From assembly GCF_009914755.1 (NCBI RefSeq), contig NC_060925.1: 64,000 bases of DNA; one strand, 5' to 3'. Both the position numbers and the translations under genes were made by a program. Shown piece after piece: positions 40,700 through 54,833 of the stretch. Numbering within the stretch: position 1 is the stretch's first letter; the number at the start of each line of letters is the position of its first letter. The notes under the pieces are model-generated. The model was not told the origin of the DNA. It made no database searches and saw only the letters and a list, made by a program, of their open reading frames with translations. The stretch comes from the human T2T-CHM13v2.0 reference genome, Homo sapiens.

Positions 40700-43130
40700 T
40701 GATTGGCTGGTCAATAGGTGGCCTGAGAACCAAAACTAGCCTCCAGCACATTGAGCAACCGGCTTCCTTCCTGCCCCGGGTCAGGAGCTGGGCCAGGGAA
40801 AGTGAAGAAACCTGTTTGGGGCCTCGGCAGGGTGGGCGTGGGTGGGGCCCTGCCGGGAAAAGAGGCGCCTAGACCAGTTAGTTTCCTTTGCTCCAGGACC
40901 GGATGCGGAGCCGGGACTCAGGTGGAGGCAGGAGAAATACGCACCCTGGGTGCACCTGTAAGTCCTCCAGGACTACATTGGTTTTGGCTATGACATGACC
41001 AGGGGCTCTGGGTCGGTGGTCACCGGGCGTGGGGCTTCTGGCTGCTAAATCAGGAGAGTGAGCGGGCCGGGCGGCGGCGAATGAGTTGACGGGTGGAGCT
41101 GGAAGAGGCTTTGGCGATCCAGCGGGCAAGCGAAGGACACCGCGGGAAGGGGTGGTACCCGGAAACGCAGCTGGGCAGTCGCGCCGCTCCCCTGTCCTCG
41201 CCAGCGCGCTTTCTCTTCCTGGCCCCTGCGCCTCCTCCGGGCCCCGCGGTGGCGTGAAAGGCGCTCAGGACAGACTTGTATTTGAATCCAAGCTGTTCCA
41301 CCCACACGCTTTTGTTCTTGGGCGAGTGACTTCTATCTGACCCAGAGTTTTCCCAGACGAAAGTGGGAAGACGGTGCCTACCCCAAAGCGTCGTGGGAAT
41401 GAAAGTCAATGAAGTGACATAGGAAAGGTGCCTAGCACATGGCAGGTGCTGAGCAAAGCGGGGTTCCCTTTCCCTTTGTTTAGCCCCAAGATCTCACTCC
41501 TAGCCCTGAAGTCGCGCCCCAAAGGCAGCCCCAGGACGGCGGGGTCTGGGAGGCAGGAGGCCTGGCCTGGCAATAACTCATTTGAATCATTTGATCCTCA
41601 AATGGGATGGGGGCGAGTGGGCGGATTCTGAGGCTGCCTTTGGAATGCGTTTCAGTGATCCTAGGAGGGAATTTCAATGCATTCTTCCATTCACGTATTT
41701 ATTTATTCACAGATTCCTATCAGGCGAAGGCCGCCTTTCCTGGCCTCCCCCACAGGCCCGCCAGCGATTCGTCCTTACAAGGCTAGCCTCCACGGGCTGC
41801 CCTCTGTGTAAATAAAGCCACAGACTTCCGCCCACAGGTCGCCGCAGGTCCCGCCCGCAGCGCCGGGCCGCGGGGGAGGCGGGAACTGGTGCTACGGCCG
41901 CTACGCAGGCCTCGGGAGGCTCGGAGCCCGCCACGCCCCAGCCCTCTCGCAGGGCCGGGGAGCCACGGGGCCAAAAGGAGGAGCAGGTGGAAGAAATCCA
42001 GGCTCAGACCGTCGGAGTCCCCACCCATGAGCACCCTTCTCCACTGATCACTCAGAACATGGTAGGCCCTAGAGAGACAGCAGCCCGAATCTTCCCAGAA
42101 ACCCTGCAGGAGATTCCTTCTTCCCATTTTATAGAAGGGAGGCTGAGGCTCGGCACGTTGAAATGGCTTGACCAAGGTCCCACAGGCAAAAAAATGGTAC
42201 AGCAAGATATTGTAACCCAATATCTGGCTGCAAAACCCAGTCTCTCCCCAACCCACCTATCGTCACCGAGATTGTAAAACTTCTAACCGGGAAGAATCAA
42301 ATACATGCACAACGGGTTACAGGTTAACAGACAGATGGGAGCGGAAAGGGACATTCCAGCGCTTCCCTGGGCGTGTCGCACAGGGCAACTCCAACCACAG
42401 GCGAATTTTCCTGGGTGACAGTTAAACTCCTTTTTGCATGAAAAAATACAGATTCTTATTAAAACAATAATCGATTAGACTATAAAACTCTCAAAGTTAT
42501 TTCGGATCAAAATTATTTTCGGCTGTTTCCACACCTTTTTTTCTCGATTGTGCAGAAATTCTTCACACCGTCTGCACAGATGGGCAAACTGAGACCCGGA
42601 CGAGTCCCATTGAGAGAGAGAGGCAGAGCCGGGGTTGGGAGAAGACTGAGATTTCTGGGATCCGGCTTGGGGTGTTTCCGCTGGGTGGGGGCGCCGGTTT
42701 GCGAAGAGCTTTCCTCGGACAGCTACTGCTGATTTTTGTCGCTCAGCCAGCCAAGTGGGGGCGATTCTGAGTAATCGCAGGCAATCAGCGCGGCTGGGGT
42801 TAAAAGCGAAAGGGACTCGCGGGCGAACGGCCGGGGAGGGCGGCGGGCACAGAGCCCAGACGCCGGCAAAGGCGGGGCGCCGCCGGGGTTCCCTCGGTGC
42901 GAGCGCGCGCGGCACTTCCTGCTTTTGCTCCTCCCTGCGGTCCTGCCGGCCGTTGTAAACTGGCGCTGCGGGCCACACCCGTGTTCCAGGCCCGCTAACC
43001 CACCGGCGGCCCCAGAGCCCCAGGCGGCCCCAGAGACCCAGCCTCAATCCTCAGTCCTCGTACAGTCCTCAGGTCCAAGTTCTGGCCATAGGAACGCCAG
43101 CCAGATCTGCAGCTCAGCTAGCTGAATTTC
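40700..43130. promoter_or_regulatory. Distal orphan CpG-island cluster (enhancer/promoter-like)
   Basis: CpG-dense blocks at ~40840-41270, 41720-41980 and 42640-43040, with CCAAT, GC-box, ETS and FOX motifs. Confidence 0.8.
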
Positions 43131-43204
43131 AGGTTCCAGAGACCTGGCCCTTTTCTTCCATGTAGGGGACAGTCAGGTTCTCTGGCCTGGGTTTTCTAAA
43201 AGTA

Positions 43205-43757
43205 CCCAGAGTTGAACTACCTTCCACTCAGCAATCCCATTACTGGGTCTGTACCGAAAGAAAAATAAGTGGTTCTTCCAGAAAGACACATGAATCCCTA
43301 TGTTCATCGAAGTGCTATTCACAATAGCAAAAACTTGGAATCAACCCAGGTGCTTGTCAATGGTGGATTGGATAAAGAAAATATGGCTCATACACACCAC
43401 GGAACACTATGCAGTCATAAAAAGAATGAAATCGTGTCCTTTGCAGCAACATGGATGCAGGTGGAGGCCATTATCCTAAGTGAACTAATCAGGAAAAGAA
43501 AATCAAATACCACATATCCTCACTTATAAGCAGGAGCTAAACAATGGGTACACATGGACATAAAGGTGGACATGATAGACACTGAGGACTACTAGAGTTA
43601 GTGGGAGAGGGAGCAGAGCAAGGGCTGGAAAATTACCTCTTGGGTGCTATGCTCACTATCTGAGTGACAAGCTCAATTATACTAAAAACCTCAGCATTAG
43701 GCAATATACCTTTGTAACAAACCTGCACATGTACCCCCAATTATAAAATAAAAGTTG
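43205..43757 (+). mobile_element. L1PA16/17-like 3' fragment
   Basis: ORF2 C-terminal region and 3'UTR ...gtaacaaacctgcacatgtacccc...aaaataaaagttg. Confidence 0.88.
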
Positions 43758-44047
43758 GGACGGGTGCAGTGGCTCACTCTTTTAATTCCAGCACTTTGGG
43801 AGACAGAAGGGGGAGGATGGCTTGAGGCCAGGAGTTTGAGACCCACCTGGGCAACAAAGTGAGACCTCATCTCTACAAAAAATTTAAAAATTAGCTAGGC
43901 ATGGTGGCGTGCACCTGTGGTCCCAGCTACATAGGAGGCTGAGACAGAAGGATTGCTTGAGCCTAGGAAGTCGAGGCTGCAGTGAGCCATGTTCCTGCTA
44001 CTGCACTCCAGCCTAGGCACTGGGCTGGACACCGTTTCAAAATAAAG
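43758..44047 (+). mobile_element. AluJ inserted at the L1 poly(A) signal
   Basis: AluJ diagnostics; TSD taaaataaaagttg at 43744-43757 and 44048-44061. Confidence 0.93.
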
Positions 44048-46749
44048 TAAAATAAAAGTTGAAAAAAATATATAAAACAAACAAAACAACCCACACTTGA
44101 CATTTGCTGACTATATGGCCTTGGGAAAATTACTTAACCTCAGTCTCAGTTTCTGCATCTGTAAAATGTGAGTTACTGACACTTACCTCATATAATTGTT
44201 GTGAGAAGTAAATATGTGCCTATCTGTAAAGGCCTAGAACATTTGAAAAAAAACTAATTAAATGCTATGTTTTGTTATTAGTGTTAGTTAGGCCTAGGTA
44301 GGAATCTTGTTTAGGCCACTTAAGAACTGGATGACCAGGCAGGTGTACTTTCTTCAGTTTCCCCACCTGGAAAAAGGAGTTTATTACACTTTATGTCACA
44401 GGGTGATGGTGAGGTCCCCATTATCCAGCAATTCCACAAGTGATGATGTTTGCAACTGTTACTGTTTGCCAGCACTGTCTTAAGCATTTGACCCTTATTA
44501 ACTCATTTAATTCTACAATTACAGTATGAGAGAGGTATTAAGAGCATCCCATTTCACAAATAGGAAATTGAGGAACGAAGAAGTTAAATGACTTACCCAA
44601 AGTCACACAGCTACTAAGTAGGACTTGAATCTACAAAGTTTGGCTCCTTATTCCATATTCTTAATTCCTGCAGGATGTATCAGACACAATGCTAGGCAAT
44701 GGGCATGCAGCCAGGAATGATACCACACACAGCTGCCTCCTCAACAAAGGCAAGGGGTTCCTTTCTGAGCTTATTGGCATTCCTTATATATGATTAAGCA
44801 TTGCATGCATATGCTATATTTTATATAATAAGGTGGCTTGCACACCGTAGATATTCAAGATTGTTGGTTTCCCTCACTGTAATTTTTGGGGGTCCAGTTC
44901 CAAGTGCTTACATGGAATGTGGAGGGAGGTTAGGTTTTAAGTGATAGAGAAGTTGGTGTCTAATAGATGCTCCACATACCTAAGTTCCCTCGTCTGTGTA
45001 CTTAGTGATCTTCCAGCTAAAGAGAATAAAACAGCACAGGCTTAAGGTTTAGACCTTTTAACAATAATAATAATTACTTCTGCCTTTGCAGAGTAATTCT
45101 GTTTCTGTAGAATTATGTCTGCACTGTGGGGTTCCCAGAATTGAGGGTAAATTTACTGTATTTATCACTTAATCATTTCCAAAACAGCTTATGACTATGG
45201 CATCTTTAGTCAAAGGCCCAGAATTCTCCTCCTACCCTCTGTCTTTGGAGTCCCCGTGGTAATTTTTGCTGTAAATGGCTAAAGCTATTAAATATAGTGT
45301 ACATCTTCCTGCCATGGAAATATAAGCTGTCATTACATTCATTGCTTAAATGTTGTGATTATTTCAAACTTGGCTTTTGTATTTGAAGCCTTGAGTTAAA
45401 TGTGGAAAGTAAGGGAGAAAACGGATAATGGTTAGAAATAAAAACGTGCAGTGGATAGGTTTCCAAAGTAATAAAAAGCCACTTTAAATTTCAAAAGATT
45501 TTAAACCTGTGTAGTTCCAGACAGAATACCCTAAATTCCCATCAAACATTGTGTCTCTATTCTGAGGGTCAGAACCGCCTTGAGGCAATTCAATGAACTC
45601 AACTGACAACAAAGAATTAAATCATTAATTTCTGCTTGTAAAAGAGATAGCCTGTGGACAACACTCAGCAGATGGTAGGTATTCACAAGGAAACTATTAT
45701 GATTAGAGACAGGGATATGGAGAGAACAAAGACAGTATACTCAGCTGACATTTATTGAGCACCTACTATGTGACAGTTGCTTTCAAATCCATTATTTCAA
45801 ATAAACCTCAAAATAAGGCTATGAGGAAAAGATCATATTATAGAAGAGGAAACTGACACTCCAAGACGCTTGTTAACTTGCCGAGAAAGTGAGTGGCAAA
45901 GTCTGAGTTGGAAGAAGTTGGGTCTGACTTCAAGTTCAGTATCTGATTCGCTGCACCTCTCTGCTTTTTCCCTGTATGCCCAAATGTCAGTCATTTTAGA
46001 GCTGGAGGTGAGGATCAGAGGGGACTTTAAGATCGCCTCACCCAGAGTTTCTCTGCCTCTTTTATAATCCAAGTCACCCTAGATAAACACAAAAACCTTA
46101 CATCCTCTTTTAATGAGTTTCAAATTCAAAATAAGCAAAATATCATGATTCAAAACAAATCAAAGCAAGGGGACATTTTCAGTATTTTGTTTTGAAACAA
46201 AACAAGTCTTTCCAGCACTTTTGTTTCCAGCTCCGTGCCTCCACCAACCTCACTGGAGAGCTGGTGATCCTTTGCCCCCCTCCTCCTAGTCATTGACTTC
46301 CAAGGAAGTTGAGCTCAGAGCGGACTGACTGACTAGCTTGTGACATGGTCAGCTCTTGAACTCAGGTCTGCCTGACTCCAGTGTGGTATCTTTTCTGTAA
46401 ACACCCTGCTTACTTCATAGCCTGGTCTCTTACTGAACCCCAGCTCACAGTCCACACTTCGGACTGACTTTATCACCTCTAGTTTCCAGAATGTGTCCTC
46501 CTCCTTCCTGGCCGTTGCTCAGGCTTTTCCTCTCCGTGGAACACCCTCACTACCGCTCCTCCCCGCTTGTCTGGGGAGCCCCTGTTCCCCAAGCTTCAGC
46601 TGAAATGCAGCTTACTTTAGGAGCTTTTCTGGACTCCTGCCTATATCCAAATGAAGGGGACTGATTCCTTTTGTACACGTGCCCATGTACCCATGTAGAA
46701 TTATCTTTTGGCATTTGCTAACACTTTAATATTCTTTACACGTCTCTTC

Positions 46750-47061
<312 letters not shown>

Positions 47062-47204
47062 TAAGTCTCTTTTTCTTGATCGCCTATGACCTCCTTGGAT
47101 ATCTCACTCTACTACTACCAAAATGATGGTGGTTGGGGTGGATCCATATCTTTGTATTCTTTCAAGAGTGCCTGGCATTTAGCAAGCACTCAGTAAATGT
47201 TTAT

Positions 47205-47205
<1 letters not shown>

Positions 47206-47238
<33 letters not shown>
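47206..47238. repeat. (CA)n microsatellite
   Basis: Direct reading. Confidence 0.95.
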
Positions 47239-47239
<1 letters not shown>

Positions 47240-49969
47240 CGTCATTGTCAGATTATTTTATTTTAGGTGGTCTTGAGTTTTTACTTAGACTGCGAACTCT
47301 CACAGACAGCTGTCCTCTGTTGAAGCAACAGGGAGCCACTGCAGGTTTTTGAGGCAGAGAGTTTCTTGATCCATAGGTAACATAAGAGACTTACCCATGG
47401 GATTAAAGCTAAAGATCTCCCAGTTTCCAAGCCTTTTCAATCTTTCTCTGGAAAAGTTTTATTTCACAAATAAAAGGCTGAAGAAGAGAAGTGCTATTCT
47501 TTCATTTTTTGTTAATTCAAAAAATATATCAAGTGCCTGCCCTCTCCCAGGTGCTATTTTGGGCACCATTTAGATAAGAATGAACTGGGCAGACAAAATA
47601 TCTCCTCTCTTGGAGTTTGCATTCTCCTGGTGGAGAAAGACAATAAATAAGTAAATAATAACTATATCAGTTCAGATAGTAATAAATATTATGAAGAAAG
47701 ATATAAAAAGACAGAGTAGGGGATGGGCAGATCATTTTACATGGCGAAGTCAAGAAAGGATCTTTGAGGACGTGGCATTTGGCAGAGCTCTGATGCAGTG
47801 AGGAGGGGAGCCAGGAGAAGGTCTGAAGCAAGTGTATTCCAAGCAGGTGAAACAGCAAGTGCAAATGCCCTGAGGTGGGAACAAGTTGGGTACGTGAGAG
47901 GAACAGCAAGATGGCTGGAGTGACAGCATGGACAGTGGCTGAGGTAGGCCCTAGGTTGTTTCCCAGGGTGGTTGCTAAGGTCAGACCATAATTTGGTAGA
48001 TGTGACTAGATCAGCCAGTGCAGCTGGTTCTAAGCTTGAGCCAGCTGTGAATGAATGAATGGAACGTAGACTATCAGCCAGAAGATTAGGCTGAGTACCT
48101 TGATCAGACTTTTGTTGCTTTTAGTCAGCAACAAAATGAAGGCTTATGGAGCAAAATATAAGAACAATGTGATCTTTTAAATGAGTTTAAATAATCAAAA
48201 CAGAACAAAGAGTGATTTCTTGAGTGTAAAACAGGTGGTAAGTTGGTGTTTATTCCTTAAAAAGGAATCTGTCACATCCATCCCAAGGTTGTTTTCACTG
48301 AAATGTAAAAGTTACTTTCACTGTAATTTGGGGAATGGTATTAAGACGCCACTTGCGGAGGGCAGCTTCAGCTTGATCCTGCCTGAGGACTCTGGAGTGT
48401 GGGTTAAACCTCAGGATTATCCTCGCCCAAGGCTGGAGAGCCACAGCACCTAACAGTCCACCCAAGAAGAGCTGCTGGCACTGGCCACCGAAGGCACATT
48501 GGAGCCCCCTACCCCCTAAACAATTAAAAGGAATCCCACTGAAATCTGAGTGGAACAGTGACATTGTCTGATTCGGATAGAATAAAGCAGAATCAAAGAG
48601 GATGATCTGGAAGTTCTTTTGCCTCATGATGTTCTCATTCATTACACCATAATGATTATAGGACCCAGGACAGTTAGGGATAGCCAGGAGCTCTAGGCCC
48701 CTAGGCACATAGTTACCACCTCTTGGCTTTGCTCTTACTCAGCTTTGAGGGTAGATCACCATGCAGCTTACTCGAAAAGGGCAGGGAAGCAATGTGAAGG
48801 CAGAATGACATGAATTCAGATTCTGTCTTCATTTTCAGCTCCGTTGGGAAGTTGTGTGACCTTCAGCATGTTACTTAATGTCTCTGGGCCTCAGGTCTCC
48901 TGGAACACTCCATAGTTCCCAGGCCCAGACTTTTCCCACCATACTGCCTTGTCTTTCTACAGTGTTTCTGAAACAATGGAAATGAGAGTTTCTGTTTTTC
49001 AGGAACTAATTTGGTGGGACAGTGCATAATTGATATTCTTGCTTTGTAATCATTCAAGCCTTTACTTTGCTTGTTTTATTTCTTATAGGGTTTTGATGTG
49101 GAGACCTTGAAATTCATTTGCAGAGGAGCAATTTTACACTTTTATTTAGAACTGGAGGGGAACTTTATAAAAGGATAGGGGAAGGGAGAATAAGCCCAAC
49201 TTTATTTAAGATGCAGTTATGTTGGGGGCAGAGTTGACTATTTGATCATTCTTTGCCTTTTATTGGTAAAACAGACTAGAGTGTCTAAGAGAGTTAGTTG
49301 TGTTTTCATATCAAAATTTGATGGTGGATTAGTGGTGGATCTGAGAGCTATTAGAGGAAGGAAGGGCTCTTAGGGACAAGCCCACTCTCAGGTGGTTGGC
49401 AACCCTGCCCAAGTTTGGTGCTGAACGAATAAGTGAATAATTTTTTTCCACATCATATGATAAAGAGGAAAAGTTTGTGCTCATCTTAGGTCATGAGTTC
49501 TAGTTCCAGTTCCACCACTTGGGTATGTTCATTACCATCTCCAAATTCCATTTCTTTGTCTTTAATGTGAGGAGGGTTAGACTTGTCGAGCCTACTTCTT
49601 TAGGTTGTCTTAAGACTCAGATGCTAATCAAATGTACCTGTATATTACATGTGGTAATTCATGGAGTAAATCTGGTAAAGTCATTCCAGACTCTGCATCT
49701 AATTCATAGGATCTCAGGAAAATTGTATAATTTTGCTAAAGCCTCTGTTTTTTCATCTGTAGATGGAGATAGCCCCTGCCTTGCCAAATTCATATGGATG
49801 CAATCAGATAATGGATAAGAAAGAATCTTGTAAATTGTAAAGCACCAAAAAAGTATTTTTTATGTTATTATTTTTTAATCTTCCTTATCCTATTGGTCAC
49901 TAGTATATTCCCTAGTCCCTGAGCAGAACTCATGGTGAACACGTTCACTCCCTTTTCATTAGGGGGCTG

Positions 49970-50130
49970 CTGTGGCCAGAGCATGGGCTTCTGAGTCAGA
50001 GAGGCCTCTGCTCAAATCCCTGTTCTACCAGCTACTAGCTGCTGTGTGACCCCGGCTGAGTCACTTAACCTGTTTGAGCACTATCTGAGAACTCAGAAAA
50101 ATAAGATCCACCTCAGAGGTGTTTGTAGTA
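49970..50130 (+). mobile_element. MIR element, representative of many MIR/L2 relics across the window
   Basis: agcatgggct...caaatccc...tagctgctgtgtgacc...tcacttaacct MIR core. Confidence 0.7.
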
Positions 50131-51989
50131 AGACTCAAGTAGGAGAGCATGTGTGTGGTATCCAAAACAGCATCTGCTGTGAGTTCAATCAGTGCTAATT
50201 ACTTCTCTTGACAACTCTCCTCTCCCCTTGTATCTTTAAGGCTGCAGTAGTTGGGGGTTGGTCTGTTTTATTTCTAAAACCACTCGTCACATGCTAAACT
50301 GAATCATGCTGAGTTGCATGAGTTCCTTTCTGCATTAAGCTGTGGACTCCTTAAGGAAAGGATGTGTAGCTTGCAGTTCTAACCCCTGGTACTGAGTAGA
50401 CATGCTGTTCTAGGGGCTCACAGAGGGGAGGCGGTGAACCACAGGAGAATGAACTTAAACTCTGGGCTACCCAGATCTAGGTTTGAGTTTCTTATGGTAG
50501 GACCCTAGACAAATCATCTAATGATACTGAGACTCAGTTTCTTCATCTGACAAATAACCCAACAGAGATGCATGCATAGATGCATACGTTTAGGGATTGT
50601 TAGGAAGAGCAGAGATAATGCTTGTAAAATGGCTAGCATGGTACCTGGTGCATACTAGGTCTTAGTGAGCAACTGTTGACTGACTAAAGCCTCCGCCCAG
50701 TGTTCCATTCTATCGCTAATAGCATCGTCTTTTCCTGAACAGAAGAAACTGGGAAGTATCCACAGGAGCAAAACACCAAGTGGTGTGAGAAAGAGACATT
50801 TGCCCTTGCGAGGGAGAATATTTTATCCCTGACATTATTCAGAATTACCTGCACATGTGACAATGAACAAAGAGACTGACTTTTGTTAAATTTCTTCTTT
50901 TTTTAAAGTTTGCTACAGATAATGCATGCCTTTATATATAACCTGTACCAGGTGGACTGCTCTCTACCTCCCCAACCTTGGTTGACACTGGCTTACAGGT
51001 GGAGGCCAGGGGGTGGTAGGGTAGGGGAGATGGGGTGCTTAATTCCAAGGCAATGAGATGACTGTAAGTAGAGGTGCATCCATGGCTCCGTTAGGAGCAC
51101 TGAAGTCAAAGCTACCCATCCACCCTGGTGTTGGGACCAGGATTTGGGGCCACCACTGCCAGAAAAGGCTCAAAAGGAAGAATATTGAGGCTGGTCTTGC
51201 AGGAAGTTCGGGACCATGCCAAACAGGAAAGAGGAGGAAGGGACCTATTAGGCATAGAGGTTCCACACTGCAGGCCATATTCAGAGGATCTCAAGTAGGA
51301 GGGTTTGGTTGGGGCAGAACCAACAGGGCATATTACTTATATTTACAAATCTCCCAGGGAGTGACTGAATTTCCACTTCCTTACAGGTTCTGAAGAAGAT
51401 TCCAGCCTGCCACACTGTTATGCTGTGAGTCCAGGGCTTAGTGGAACCCTGTCTTGGCCCACAGCCATTAGGATATTTCTCAGGGAAAGCCCTTGGACCA
51501 AGAAGTCTAGAATTGTCTGTGAAAACAAAAGCATTTGGATTCTTTTCAGGAAAAATGTAACCTGCAAACAAATAGCCTTGGAAAATCAGTGCCTCACCCT
51601 CGGTGCTTGGGTCAGGCACAGGGAGTGCCCCCACCCCGCCCCACCTGCTGCTTTCTGGCTGGAGGCCACCTCCTTTTCCTCTTCTGTATGTTGTCCTGGC
51701 TGCCCAGAGGGCAATGCCTCCCCTCCCTGCCTCACCCTTCCCTAGACTTGTTCAGGCCCCAAGTCTTTGCAAGTGTGCTCGCTCTACCTGGAATGTTCTT
51801 CCCTCCTTGTCTGTGAGCCCTTTATTATTCTTTAGGACCCAGCTCCAACTTCTCCCTGTTGGTTGATTATTTGCTCCCCTACTATATTGCCCTGGATAAT
51901 TTCAATTTTAAATATTCTTTTTTTTAAAGATAATAATCCTTGATTTTATATTTAAAAATATAATAATAAAGATGGTTGGTTACCAATTC

Positions 51990-52288
51990 TTTTTTTTTTT
52001 TTTTTTTTTTTTGAGACAGAGTCTTGCTTTGTCACCCAGGCTGGAGTGCAGTGGCTCAGTTCACTGCAACCTCCGCCTCCCAGGTTCAAGCAATTCTACC
52101 ACCTCAGCATCCCAAGTAGCTAGGATTACAGCCACATGCCACCATGCCCGGCTAATTTTTGTATTTTTTTAGTAGAGACGGGGTTTCACCATGTTGGCCA
52201 GGCTGGTCTTGAACTCCTGACCTTGTGATCCACCCACCTCGGCCTCCCAAAGTGCTGGGATTACAGGCATGAGCCACCGCGCCCGGCC
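51990..52288 (-). mobile_element. AluS (Sg/Sc-like) element
   Basis: polyT followed by Alu body; flanking caattctt partial TSD. Confidence 0.95.
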
Positions 52289-53859
52289 AGTTGGCAATTC
52301 TTAAACTCTTAAGCTCTTGTTATGAGCCAGGCATTGTGGTACATAATGTTACCCACTCCACATGCAAAGTGTTTAGGACAGAAACAGGCACATAGTAAGT
52401 GCTCGGTAAGTGTTACTTATTACTAGTCTTATTAGCTATTTTAATTCTTTCACAGCATTTGCAGAAATTATGCTTTCTTCTGTGCATTATAATGATCAGG
52501 TTACATGTCTGTGAGCTTCTTGAGGGCAGGGACTATGTCTTTTACCTCTGGTATCTCAGAGCACGTGACTATCCCAAGGGTATTTCATGAGTGAATATCT
52601 AGATGTTGAAGTTGGTGACTGATGTTTATCTCAAGAGTTCCCAAGTCAATTTGGAGTAAGGGTAGCCCAAAGAATATAGGACTGAGAATCAGAAGATCTC
52701 GGCTTAGTTCTTTTCCAACTAACTACTAGCTTTGTGACCTTGGGCAGATTAGCCAATCTTTTCTGAATCCCAAATAACCTTTTTCCAAAATGAGAATAAT
52801 TGTCCCTACCTTGCTTTCCTTTCAGGTTTGCCTTGAGCATCAGATGACCTCACACAGGGGAGAGTTTTGTGAACTGTAAAGTATTTAACACATGTGCAAC
52901 ATTATTGTTTGTATCATATTGCCATCACCACCATACTTGGTGAAACATGAGCTCACATGTAGCTCTTGTTATATAAATATCAATATGTCATTTTGGCTTC
53001 TTCACAGTGTTCAAAACTGTAGTTCCTTAATGTTTGGGATGTTCTTTCTCCTCAAAGCAGGCATCCAAGGTATTCACCTCAAGCATTTTGAAGGGTTTTA
53101 AATGGCTCTTGATTTTATCACTTGCCTGTTTTAAAATCTCTGGCCCAAAATTTCAAAGTTACACTTTCTCCCAGGAGAGGTCCTGTAAGAATTGTAACTA
53201 ATCATAGCATTTACTGTTTGATATTATGTAATTCAAGAAGTGAGATGCTAGAGGTTATAAGAAGGGCTGAAAAGAAGTATAAGACATAATCTTACTCTCA
53301 AGGAACTTCCTATCTAGTATGGGAGTTAGGGCTAAGTCTTAGACTTGTGGGCAAAATATACGATTTGGGAAAAGAAAGACTCCTCTGTGTTGAGCTGGTT
53401 TGTGAAGGTCTCAGAGAAAAATTGGATCTTGTTTTAAGCCTTAAAAAATGACTGATGTTTAGACTATAACCCTGGGAACTTAATTCATAAGTCAGGGCCA
53501 TTGAGTAGTGCTGGTAACATTTCCCTTTTCAGCAAGATTGTTGATTTCTTTAGTTCTTTGTGGAATAGGAGGAAGATATAAGAAGATTCTAGTAATTTAT
53601 CCACTGAAAAATGTCTGAATCCAGAAAGCTGCTAATAGTCTATGGCTGATGCTTTTATGATGAGAAAATAAAAATCTTTACTTTTCTTTTCAGCCATGAT
53701 GTATTTGTTTTAAAAAATGTCAGAGAGAAATTTGTTCATAGGAAATTGTGATTCAATCTTCTACATAATAATAACAACAATGAAAGCTCCTGGATCAGTA
53801 AGGCCAATTCATAGTGCTTAGGGTAAGGATGATGCTAATAATAACTCAGAATAAGAAGT

Positions 53860-54230
53860 TTTTAAAAATACCTAAATGTGAACTATTTAGAAAAGAATAA
53901 AATGAGAACACAAGATATGAAAATGTATATAATGCAGCCAAAGTCATAGTTAGAGGTAAATTCATAGCTTTTATATTTGCACTTAAAAATAAGTAAAAAT
54001 AAAGCAACTCTATGTCTAACCTAAGAATTTAGAAAATGAGCAGCAAAACAAAACCAAGAAAAGCAGAGCAATTAAAAAATAGCAAGGATAATAAATAATT
54101 AGAATATCAATAAAATTAAAGTAGTAGAATTCATAAATCATGAGCCGGTTCTTTGGGGGAAAAAGTAAAATAAACAAACCTCTGGAAAGCCAACTGAAGA
54201 AGAAAAGAGAGGAAAAACAATCAAATAATT
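53860..54230 (+). mobile_element. Old L1M ORF2 fragment
   Basis: A-rich; aatgcagccaaagtcatagttagaggtaaattcatagc and ggttctttg...aaacaaacctctgg resemble L1 ORF2. Confidence 0.65.
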
Positions 54231-54495
54231 AACATCTGAAAAGCTTGTATAGTTTGTAAAACACTATCTCATTTCTTATCACTCTTGGTCCCTAAATTAA
54301 TCCTCTGTGTTGTATGTTTATATCTCTATCAGACTGGGGATCAAAGAAATGAGGTCACTTTTTAGAGTCATACAACTGGTGAATAGTAAAATCATGATTT
54401 GAACCCGGGTCTTCTAACTTTGTTGAATATTCTTCCAATAATCTCAAGACGTCCTTTCAGGATAAGTACAAAAAGGAAGAGTTAAACATTTAATA

Positions 54496-54833
54496 CAAGG
54501 GTTCTCAACCCCCAGGATGCAGACCAGTACCCATCTGTGGCCTGTTAGGAACTGGGCTGCACACCAGGAGGGGAGTAGTGGGCAAGCATTACCACCTGAG
54601 CTCCACCTCCTCTCAGATTAGTGGCCACATTAGATTCTCCTAGGAGCACAAACCCTGTTGTGAACTTTGCATGCCAGGGATCTAGATTGTGCACTCCTTA
54701 TGAGAATCTAATGCCTGAAGATCTGATGTGGAACAGTTTCATCCTGAAACCACCCCCCACCCCCTGCCCCATCTATGGAAAAATTGTCTCCCACAAAACT
54801 GGTCCCTGGTGCCAAAAAGGTTGGAGGCCGCTG
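54496..54833 (+). mobile_element. MER1B-like hAT-Charlie DNA transposon
   Basis: aacccccagg...tggcctgttaggaactgggctgcac...ggtgccaaaaaggttgg...gctg. Confidence 0.85.

Noticed and set aside
42745-42765. CTCF-like motifs (also near 9950, 48350, 62395)
   Set aside because: Each mismatches core consensus positions; cannot be supported without PWM scanning or ChIP
40751-43125. ORFs up to 190 aa in the distal CpG island
   Set aside because: GC-driven, mostly TTG/GTG starts, no homology recognised
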